Assembly: GCA_964016885.1 (NCBI GenBank)
Contig: OZ024747.1
Location: 25,048,001 to 25,112,000, forward strand
DNA: 64,000 nucleotides
Origin: Eledone cirrhosa
Taxonomy: Eukaryota
Direction of reading: 5' to 3'
The notes under the pieces are model-generated. The model had not been told where the DNA came from, searched no databases, and was given only the letters and a program-made list of their open reading frames with translations. The position numbers and the translations under genes are program-made. Below, piece after piece: positions 1 to 64,000 of this stretch; position 1 is the first letter of the stretch; every line of letters starts with the position of its first letter.

Positions 1-348
1 TAACAAGGATATGGAATAAAGAGATACGAGAAGTTAGGAAATTACTCTGAGTGTAAGATGGAAATAACAGGGATATGGAATAAAGAGAAACGAGAAGTTA
101 GGAAATTACTCTGAGTGTAAGATGGAAATAACAAGGATATGGAATAAAGAGATACGAGAAGTTAGGAAATTACTCTGAGTGTAAGATGGAAATAACAAGG
201 ATATGGAATAAAGAGAAACGAGAAGTTAGGAAATTACTCTGAGTGTAAGATGGAAATAACAAGGATATGGAATAAAGAGAAACGAGAAGTTAGGAAATTA
301 CTCTGAGTGTAAGATGGAAATAACAAGGATATGGAATAAAGAGAAACG
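1..348. repeat. 64-bp minisatellite, ~5.4 copies (runs off window start)
   Basis: Unit taacaaggatatggaataaagaga(t/a)acgagaagttaggaaattactctgagtgtaagatggaaa repeated head to tail. Confidence 0.95.
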
Positions 349-1007
349 CATTATACCCGCGAAAGGGAAATAATAATAATGTTTTTAGTTAATATCAACA
401 TTACTATGATTTATCTATTTCCAATGTAAAAATGATAAGAATCGGTAGAGTAAGGGAGAATAGTATGGGGCATTTAGTTATAACCCTTTACGTTCTCGGT
501 TCTAACCTTTCTGGGATTGATTTTTCCTTTCATTCTTACATAGTGGATCAAATATATACTATTCGAACAAATCTCACCCCTACAAATGTGAGGTCGTGTT
601 TCTGTTTTAGAAATATTCATTACTGATTTATGCAGTTTTTCAAACCAAATGTAATCTGGAATGGAGTGGTGTGGAATAGACCTTCGTCGTTTTCGACGAT
701 GAGTGTTTCAGTTGTTCGAAACTAACACGCAAATAATTTAGTATTCCACAGTCACGTGGATACAATGTGTGACAAAGCTGACCCTGTGAATTACAGGTAG
801 TACATGGCTTAGGTCAACCTGGGGTTATGGTAAATAACAGTTGCCCAAGATGTCACCGAGTGGGATCAAACTAGAAACCATATAATTGCAAAACGAATTT
901 GTTCACCATTCGGGCATGCTGTGTACATAGACGTAATCTGGAATTATAATACCACAGAATGAACAAGTTGAGTAAGATAAAAATTGAAGAGTAAGATTGA
1001 TGCAAAC

Positions 1008-1964
1008 CTCACCGCCGTTGTGGTTTGGAAATGGCTGCTCCACTTGAAGTAAAATCCGTTCAGTTTTTCGACTGGCTCTGTTTCGGTTCTTTCGGTACGC
1101 TTTAAATTCACTAATCCTGATGCATTCCTTGCGTCTGCCAAGTTTAACTGAGTAATATGTGTAAAATTTCCGGTTTGATGCAAAGTTGGGGTGGAACGCA
1201 AGCCCTAAAAATCCTCTTTCGTCGCTTACATAATTACTGTAAAGAACCCGGTCCTTGATATCTAGAAAGGCTTTTTGCTCTCTTGTTTTGTTTCTGTAAT
1301 AAATGTAAATAACTCCACGCTGCTCAGCTACAAACAGGCGACCACTTCCATCACCAGCATGTCTCGCCACTACAGGGTTCCTCAAATCCCAAGCAAAGGG
1401 TTCGACACACATACACCCTTCTTTCGTAATTTGTTGAATAGATATGTTGAAGTTGAGGTTTTCATTTTTTAAAAGGTCAGGATAGCAGTAGTCTACATCT
1501 GTCAGTTGAACAATCAAACAGAAACTCTCTTTAGAAGTCAAAGTACCCAGAATTTCCCGATCGCTAGTTATATATTTAACTAAGTCTTTGCATTTGGTAT
1601 AAAACTGTGAACAATAATTAGAACATAGTCCAGGGAAAGTGCTGGCAAGCATCGTTTGCTCTGCGCTATATATATGTGCTGCATACGGGGAACAACGTTG
1701 ACACAACAATTCTTGTAAGTAGGGTTCGCATCTTTGAAGGAAAGTCTCTGATAGTTGAGTCTTGATGAATTGAAACCTCTCAAAAATGAGATCCTCCTGT
1801 TGTTTGGTACAGCAGCCAAAGTCATTATACTGATAGCAAAACTGCAAATTGTTTGATTGAAAAGGTGGTTTAAAGTCCAAGCATTGAGGATGGCACGTCA
1901 CATAATCACAAGTTAGAAGTATTGCTGTTGCAATTATCAAAAACCACAATGTGCTAGACCGCAT
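1008..1964 (-). CDS. HHIPL1: HHIP-like protein (HHIPL1/2 family), first coding exon; gene continues left of window
   Basis: Signal peptide MRSSTLWFLIIATAILL; HPQCLDFKPPF / CSPYAAH folate-receptor-like Cys-rich domain; then GSDH-type propeller motifs (DGSGRLFVAEQRG, DERGFLGLAFHPNF, HNGGE). Homology stops at a GAG|GT donor at 1008/1007. Confidence 0.85.
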
Positions 1965-3497
1965 TGTAGATATTTATTCCTTATTTCTTTTCAGTGATTT
2001 TTATTTCACGAAAGAGAATGGAGCTTTTAAGAAATACGCAAAAAAAGTTGATTTGATCGGAGGATTGATCGCTGTTTTGATTGCTGGTTTGATCGTTAGC
2101 TTGATCGCTGGCTTTGCCACTGTCTTGGTTGCTGTGTGTTGTACAATGTTTCATTGAGTTGGGCTTTCTTATGGCACTCATAACAGTGTCAGTACATACA
2201 TTTGCTTGGGGTCATGTTATGTAAGAACATGTATGTTTTCAATGTGTGTCGTAATTCTCTTTTTGACTATTTGACAAGAAGCCAAAAGGAAAAAGAAAGA
2301 AAATGGTGTCATAAGTTAATTGTTACATAGAGAAATAAAACAGAAGTGAAAAATATAAATATATATATTTATATATCTACGTCATTAAAGTTCAATTTAG
2401 AATCAAATTTGGTTAAAAGGGTGGATTTCCACCACCACCACCAGGGAAAATGCTGTCAATGACTATATATATATGAAAAAAAATGAGTAGTGAAGAATTT
2501 CATGAAACGTAATCCAGCGTATTTCCAAACAGGAATTATAATGCCGTATAGCTTTTGGTATATGAATGACTAAACACTAGATTTGAATGGCATGGATTTG
2601 AATTTTTTTTTAGCCAACAAAATGCTAAGTTAGCATGTTGAATGATTGTAGGAGGGACTTCGCTTCGCTTTTTGTTTCATAGATGGCGACACTGTTTTCA
2701 ATAAGAAACTTGATATTCACAATACACTGATTGGGTACAGGACACACATACACACACACATATACATGGTGGTTGTGGAGTGGGGAGGCTTGTTAAATAG
2801 AATAAGGGAAAGGGAGGAGAGCTATCTAATTGTATCACACAGAATATTGGTATGTATGTGTATATGTGAATGGTTGTATATAATGTATATTTGTGTGTGT
2901 ATGTATGTCTGTATGTATGTAATATACACGTATCTTCGCCATTTCCGTGTTGTTTCTGTCTCATTAACCAGAGTTCTAATTCGTTCATGATAGAGCATTC
3001 TCAGGGGGAAAAAATACTTTCTTTAATTGAATTCAGATATACCTTGTAAAGTACACGCGCATGCGTGTCTGTGTGTCATCATTATTATTATTTAACGCCG
3101 AGGTTCACTTTGCCTTTCATCCTTACGGGGTCGATAAAATAAAGTACCAGTAATGTAGTGGAGTAATTGCTGGCCTTGTGCCAAAAGTAGAAACAATTAT
3201 TATTTAACGTCTAATTTCAATGCTTGCATGTGTTAGAAGAGTTGTCACATTCTGCGGCTTGACAAGTCAGGTGACCATGTCTTGCTCATATATTCCGTTT
3301 TTTGCCTGGATGGCCTTCCTAACGCCAACCCCATTACAGCGTGTACTGGGTGCTTTTGTCGTGGCACCTGCACTATCACCTTATAATGCTTTCTGATTTA
3401 GACAGTGTCAGCAATTTTGATGGAAGGGAAAGTCGATTAAATCGATTCCAGTGTATTACTGGTGCTTTATTTTGTTCGACCCTGTAAGGATGAAAGG

Positions 3498-3575
<78 letters not shown>

Positions 3576-3767
3576 ATGTAGAAAAGTAACACACGAGTTG
3601 ATATATATAAAAACAAATAGTAGAAAGGAAAAGGACTTTTTCAGTGAAATATCAAAACATTAATTTATTTACAACCGGTATTGTAAATAAATTAATGTTT
3701 TGATATTTTACTGAAAGAATCTCTTCCACATTTTCTACTGAAAAGATCCTTTTCCTTTCTACTATTT

Positions 3768-3803
<36 letters not shown>

Positions 3804-4774
3804 CGGGTCCGGGTATGCTTTTTACATTCATTTAATTTATTGAATTATTGAGATTTTTTTATCTGAGTGTCCCGAATTTTCCGTAATCGCAAATTTTCTA
3901 TCGTGCGGTTGATTATAGACTTGTTCTGTGTGTGACGGTATTTTAACGATAGTTATAGCTCTGATTTATCTAAATCAGTGAGCACTCTGCCGCTCATATC
4001 GAATTTTGTTTATCGTGAACTCGTACGCCGATTTTTCGATACTCGATCATTCTAATATATATATATATGATCTGTAATATAGTTATTTTCTCCTATATTC
4101 AGACTAATTTCCCTTCCTCCGAACACTCTTTCAATTTCATAATTCACCGATATTTTTCGTGTAAATTTCTTTCCATTCTCTCTCTCTCAAAAGTGTATGA
4201 TTTTACTTTTGTTAATTTTCGAATTTCAGTGAAAGCAAAAATGTGCCATGTTCCTGTTGATCTGCAATGCCTGATTATTTAGCTTCCTTAGCTAGTTCTC
4301 CAGTGTACACCTTCTTTTCTCAAATAAAATTATTTCAATTTACAGTTTGATAAGCTGACGAATCTTTTTTTTTATATATATACTTCTTACTTTGACCACA
4401 CTAAAATATTACTAAGTCTGCATTTTTCACTATACAGTTCACACCCACCCACGCCAAATCATGTAATAGATAATAACAGCATACGCCCCTCCCCACCAAA
4501 GTTGATATTTCTACATTGAGGCTACGCAGTAATATTTAGTAATTCATTTATTGATCACTGTGAATTATTTATTATACATTTAATTTAAATTAATTAAACA
4601 AATTTGTATAACACTGAGCCCAGTTAAGTTTTTGTAGCACAGCTCTCAGTTGTTTGCTGTCTGGACAGCTGCCTAGTTGGCCATAATGGCAGTGGCAGCT
4701 CTGTATATGATATATACACAATGAATACACAGCAGTTATTTACAAAGTTTATTCAAATGTCTGCAGCTGCTTCT

Positions 4775-5300
4775 TCTTTTTAGGAGGGTCGTGAGGGCAG
4801 AGTACCCAAGCACACCTTCTTCATCTTCTTTTTCTTAGGAGGGACATGAGGGCAGAATCCTCAAGCATGCTTTCTTCTTCTTAGGAGGGTCATGAGGGAA
4901 GAGTCCTCAAGCATGCCTTCTTCTTCTTCTTAGGAGGGTCATGAGGGAAGAGTCCTCAAGCATGCCTTCTTCTTCTTCTTCTTAGGAGGGTCATGAGGGA
5001 AGAGTCCTCAAGCATGCCTTCTTCTTCTTCTTAGGAGGGTCATGAGGGAAGAGTCCTCAAGCATGCCTTCTTCTTCTTCTTAGGAGGGTCATGAGGGAAG
5101 AGTCCTCAAGCATGCCTTCTTCTTCTTCTTCTTAGGAGGGTCATGAGGGAAGAGTCCTCAAGCATGCCTTCTTCTTCTTCTTAGGAGGGTCATGAGGGAA
5201 GAGTCATCAAGCATGCCTTCCAGTGGGTCATGTCCGGAACAACCATCTCCAATTTATCCAGCTTGATGCCCAAGTGAGACCAGCCAGTGCAGGTCTTAGG
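4775..5300 (-). repeat. RTE-type LINE 3' fragment whose last 49-52 bp are tandemly iterated ~9 times
   Basis: Minus-strand frame LGIKLDKLEMVVPDMTHWKACL matches the RTE end at 14296-14583; unit ggcatgcttgaggactcttccctcatgaccctcctaa(gaa)n. Confidence 0.75.
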
Positions 5301-6149
5301 CCCATCACTGTTCTTTCTGTGCTAGATGGATATTGCAATATATTTTTCCAAGAGGTCCCTCTACCTAAGGCCTGAATGCGTCCCTTGTTATCCCACACGA
5401 AAAAGGATGCAGTATGAATGCCTTGACTGCTTTTGTTTCTGGCCATATTGCAGTTTTTTTGTGGTCTTATTTACGCCAGGCACCAATTTGGAACTTTTTT
5501 TCAGACCCACAAACACTAGACTTTTTAGAGGTGGCCTATGCTGGCCTCATTATAGCTACATCACAGACAATAAATCTGCTGAATCGTGTACATTCTCTAC
5601 AAACTGACTCGATATCTTCGAATTTATAGAATTGATAAAGACATTTCTGACTTGGAATGGCAATTTGGAGAAAGATACTTATCTGGTTACCATATGAACA
5701 CAATAATAACAAATTTTGCAACCAAAGTCAACAGGAGTAAAAAAAATCCATAATAAAGCTCACCAGCAGAAAAACCTGCATGGCAATGCTAGTGTGCCAA
5801 AAAACTAAACATTTTATTACTTCCATATTGAAATGTGAGCAACTGCACGTACGAATTGTGAAATAGTATGCATGTATATATGTATTTATGTATGTATGTA
5901 TGTGTGTGCTTGTGATTATATTATTTTATAAAATTTCACTAATAATTTGTTTCTAACATAGAAACAAAACTCTTTTATTGGAATTTAGACGACATCAACT
6001 AGGTAAATATATATGTATGCAGATATGGGTGTTATTATTACATGTGTGGATCTGTACATTTTGAGTTATATGTGTACACGTACATATGTTTTACGTATTT
6101 TTACAGTTCCATTAATGGACTGTACTTGCAGCTTCCTAACTAGACTAGC

Positions 6150-6640
6150 TCTTTCTGGTTCTGTGACACCCAAATTCTCATGATTTGTATTGTGGCAGAC
6201 TCCCAATGATTTCAGGAATAATTCTAAAGGTATAATCAAGGTGGAGTATCTGCAGATTCTTCATTAGTTCAGCAAAAATGTTCTCCATTTCACTAATATT
6301 TAGCACTATATTGACATCTGTTGAGCAGCTGATTTCCACTACTCTGCATGCCTTCTTTCTTTTGTCCCATATCACTATGTCTAGTCTGTTATGTTTGCAC
6401 TTTCTGGGGTTTTGACTGGAACATTTCACCAGTACTCTTTCATATTATGCCAGCCACATTACTGTAACCTTTTATATTTTTATTCTCAGGACTATCCTTT
6501 GTAGAGTTGCATTCTATAGTGTTTTGGCCACTACATCATACTTCATAGATATATAGTATTGTGATGACATCTTCGGACAGCTACTTATGATGTGGGCGGA
6601 CATGTTTGATGTTTATTCTGAATAGAGTCTTCATTTGTTG
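6150..6640 (-). mobile_element. R4/Dong-like (RLE-type) non-LTR retrotransposon, degenerate 3' fragment
   Basis: HIISSCPKMSSQYY..YDVVAK knuckle remnant followed by HNRLDIVIWD..VVEISC restriction-like endonuclease motif. Confidence 0.7.
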
Positions 6641-7679
6641 TCACATCTAGGGAATCCCAAACCCTATCATGTCACAATCTTTTGTCTGGTAACAAAAGTC
6701 AGACTTTGAACAATGAATACAAAGAGCTGGAATAGATACTGACTGACATACAGACAATTCTTTGAATCCATTGCCTTGGACTGGTACTTTTTTTATCAAC
6801 CTCAAAAGAATGAAAGACAAAGTAAGATCTGAATTCAAATCACTGAGTGCCAGAACAAATACAACTAGCTTTTCTATTCAACACTATAACAACTCAATCA
6901 ATTCATCACATAGTTTCAGAGTGTTGAAATTCTGCCTTTGAAGTAAGGTTTCGAATAAGGTTTAAACATACATTTACATGTAGAAATATGTGTGACTGGA
7001 GATGATCAGATAATGTGTGACACACAACAAACACTGAGAAGATGAGATTGAGCATTGGAAAGCATTAAATGTAGTTTAAAGAGCAACAGTAATAAGAAGT
7101 GACAGCAAATAGGACAATAATAATGTGTTTGTAATTAGTTTTGGCTGACTTATTTTTTCAATAATTTTAATTTTGTAATTAACTCGACCATAAATGCTTC
7201 AATTTTTACCAAGAACTATGTCTAAATGCAGGAAGAATATATTAGGGGCTTCAAAGGAAATGAATTGGTACAGGAACCTATCTAGACAGCTATGATAAAT
7301 GGAAATCCCTTCCAAAAAAGTTATATTTTTAATTCAAAGTTGTACTTGTCTGGCAAGTGACTTGATCTAAGACCATGTGTTAAAACTGAATCAATTGCAC
7401 CATATATAGTCTGTGGTACTGGATCTCGGAAGACCACAAATCAAAGAAGTACTCAATACATGGTAAGATGCAGAGTGGGTATATTAGTGAAAGTAGAGGA
7501 TCTACTGCGAGCTCAAAGAGGTAACTAACAGAAACCACCAAGCTCATGGTAGATTCTCTACTTTCACTAATATATACATATATGCATACATATACACACA
7601 CAGAGAGATATATATGTGTGTGTGTTTGTATGTATGTGTGCATGAATATATATGTGTGTGTGTGTGTGTGTATGTATGC

Positions 7680-7717
<38 letters not shown>

Positions 7718-8264
7718 ATAATAAAATATGAAGGCTAAATTTCCATAACTTCTTTTATTATATAATTACCCTATAATACACATTTCTATGGTGCCATCGT
7801 TACAGCATGATGCGATAACACAATTCTTGATATGATGTCTTCAGGCAGCCTATTAAGTAATACAGTTAATCATGTAATCATTTCTAAGGCACTGCAATGT
7901 AATGATATGGAGACAGACAAGCTTTTGATGTCATCATTCCAAATGTTTGTCTCCATATAAAAGAAGTTATGGAAATCTAGCCTTCGTAGTTTATTATTAC
8001 TGTATGTACATCCAGTAATGCCTGTGCAATACAACATAAAAATTAGAAGAATACATAAGACGCTGAGACCTTTTTCCTTATTACATCATGGTTTGCTGAT
8101 TGGAGTAATACAATTACAACTCCTGCTATTGTAAAAGTTGACCCTAGTATTTCGTGGATAACAGGTCAACATTTGTGGGTCCTCTACATAGAAATAACAC
8201 TGTTACAAAATCGTCATGAATTTAAAGCAAATTTAAATTATTGCAAATATATATATATATATAT

Positions 8265-8960
8265 AAAATGACAGATAATTTTTTTTTATTAAGTCGGTAC
8301 AATGTAGTAGAAAAATATGAAGGGTAAATGATGACAAATGAAACAAAACAAAACAAAGTAATGTTTTACCCAGTGTATTTCAGCATATTTCAGGAGATAG
8401 ACCAAAACAAAACAAATTGAGCAATCAAAGTTTTCTTCCCTAACTAGTGTATGTGTGTGCAAAACACATGCGTAGCATTGCTACAGTAACCATTCAGCCT
8501 TGTGCATTTCTGGTTTTATTCAGCTGATGAAAATAGCCTCTTTAATCCTTAAATTACCTATATTCCTTTCATTCGCTTCTATGGTGACTTCAGTGTCTTA
8601 GTTGCAGAATCTGTCAAGATGTTTTTTAACAGAAGAGGCTCTCATTGCCACGTGTTCCTTGATCTGGATGTGTAGCCTCCTTATGGTACTTCTGATGTAA
8701 GAGGAGCTACATTTATTGCACATGATTTTATAGACCATATATGCTCTCATGCACACTTCTGTATTGTTGATGGAACAATTAGGAAGTGTGCATATATCGC
8801 TGTATGTGGGTTGGTGCCTGTGGAGCAGTCTCCTCAATGAGGGTCCCAAATGTGTCAGCCGTATACTCAGTCCCTCCTTTCGGATAGCTTGTCTGATGGC
8901 AGCTGTCATCCTCTCATTAAAATGTGGGAGCTTTAGGTAGCATATGTTATCTCTTTGTAC
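8265..8960 (-). mobile_element. Penelope-like element 3' fragment (GIY-YIG endonuclease remnant plus 3' tail ending at a TA tract)
   Basis: VYKIMCNKCSSSYIRSTIRRLHIQIKEH resembles the PLE GIY-YIG motif; its 3' tail is shared with 60372-60470. Confidence 0.75.
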
Positions 8961-10259
8961 TGTAGTACCATAAGATTATATAAATCAACTTAGGAATCCG
9001 ATTTCAATATGCTTGTACTATAAACACATTACATTATTGTACTACAAGAATTGATGAAAGTCTAAGTCGACCTCAGTGGAGTTCAAACTCAAAGCAGAAA
9101 GTCGGAGCTAAAACCGCAAAATATTTAGCTTGATGAAATAGAATAAATTTCATTAGTAATATGGTCATTAAAAGTTTAAATATATTCAATTTACAACCAT
9201 TGCAAAATAGATTGCAGTTTCGTTTCATTTCTATTTATCTTTCATTTATGCATACTGGACTTAAATGAACTTTCAAAATAAAAAAAAACATTATTATGTG
9301 TGTATTTTTGCATGTTTATATATGTATATAGATATATATATACATATATATATATATATACACATACAAACGCAGGAAAATAGCTGCATATATGATTTAA
9401 TAGAACTCTACACATACACACACTTATTAATACACATGTACATCACAAAAGGAAACAGAAACCCAAGTAAACACATGATCACATATATACACATTCAAAG
9501 GTATCTAAGTCAACTTTTTTATCTTATTTCTATTTTCACAATCAAAACTTCTGCTTAAACAAGAAATTAAATAACAATGCTGAAACACACATTTATGAAA
9601 AGTCAATAATTATAATGTAAATATTTTAATTTATATATGTCAATAGTTGAGAGTAGTGAGGTGTAATAATTTGGGCTTAATGAGCTTTTAATTTCATATT
9701 ATGAAATGCTTTTGTAGATGCAGCAAAGCGGAATGGTTAAGAAATTTGCCTGACAATCATGAGATCTTTGGTTCAATCCAATTGCATTGCATCTTAAGAA
9801 AGTGATTTTACTGTAACCTCAGGTTCACCCAAGCCTTGTGAGTGAAATTGAGTAGATGGAAACTGTATGGAAGCTCATTAGATGGATTGTTCTTGTAATT
9901 CGAAGGTCCAGTCTTGTTACATATTATGTCATGCTCATTAGTCTGAGAATTACATTAAGGGTGTACGTGTCTGTGCTAAACTCAGTCATTTACACTATAA
10001 TATAAGGTTGACTGTACCTGTAATTCATAAGTCCAGCCTTGTCACATACTCTGCCATGCTCGCATGGCCTGAGAATTACATTAAGAATACACATGTCTGT
10101 GGAATACTCAACAACTGAATACTTATCATTGAAACCAACAGTGGATCCACCATGAAAGGTTTAGTTTACTTCTTATATTTTGTTGTTCTGAATCAGATGA
10201 GAAATTATTTAGTAAAAAAAACTACAGTTGAAATGAAATGAATAAATGCATCTATATTT

Positions 10260-63298
<53,039 letters not shown>

Positions 63299-64000
63299 CT
63301 GAAAGGGTTAAGAAACACAGGAATATTAATTAATAATAGCTAGTACCAGATTTACTAAGTGAGCTGCAGTCCAGGACTTCATAGTCCTGGAGAGCCCAAT
63401 TGGTTTTAACTCTTTAGCATTTAAACCAGCTGTATCCAACCATAATTCTCTCACCTTTTTCTGTTCAAACCAGCCATAACCAGCCATTCATACCAATGTT
63501 AAGGTATTGTTCTCCAAATAAATAATATCAAAATTTCATAGATTCGATATTATATGAGATAATTATGTGAGATAAAGCCTTAACCATGAAAATACAATAG
63601 TAAATATAGAGGAATGTAAATGCTAAAGGGTTAAATATATATTAACCTTTTCATTGCCATATTTATAATGAAAGATACTACTTGTGATTTTCAAATAATT
63701 TTGAGAATAATCAAGAATTTTGAAAGCTTTAGCAATATAACTAGCTTTTTCATTTTCAAGTGAGTGGGGTTGGGTGTTGGAACATAACTTAACGAAGGTT
63801 CTTACATAAAACTTGGTAGAAGATATTTAGATAAATATAAACACTTGAAAATAAGGTTTTTCTATCATTGATGCAGAAGTTGTATCATACTAAAAAGGTT
63901 AGAATATATATTAAAATATAGGTGTGAAACATTTTTCTCAAAATTTAGAATATGATAATTGTTATCAAATGCATTGCTTTTTCTTTGGGGAGTCATCTCT

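Noticed and set aside
1-348. Regular repeats as a possible CRISPR array (also 4775-5220 and 18650-18858)
   Set aside because: No unique spacers; eukaryotic minisatellites
903-1007. C-terminal part of the 353-aa ORF
   Set aside because: Read-through into the intron past the GT donor
4462-4640. Possible LTR remnant (TGTAAT...ATAACA)
   Set aside because: No TSD or partner LTR identified

Overview
AT-rich, microsatellite-laden animal genomic DNA. The SINE/LINE repertoire and gene structure suggest an octopus-like cephalopod (inference). Two host genes lie on the minus strand: the first coding exon of an HHIP-like gene (1008-1964; the gene continues left out of the window) and 27 exons (~1230 aa, 5' end outside the window) of an ABCC5/MRP5-type ABC transporter (10260-63298). 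The introns hold a near-intact RTE LINE with three C2H2 fingers and a single in-frame TAG, a nested Tx1/L1-like fragment, two mariner copies, a non-autonomous Helitron, piggyBac-type MITEs, a solo LTR, Penelope-like GIY-YIG fragments, SINEs and minisatellites. The most striking signal is non-coding: about a dozen minimal type I hammerhead-ribozyme motifs from at least eight unrelated sequence families. Most sit in short modules embedded in (TA)n tracts, several in long fold-back palindromes, and one in a ~340-bp tandem plus permuted inverted retrozyme-like array (30250-31078). Four different ones are stacked within 1.8 kb of one intron. All folds were read by eye; none has been tested.
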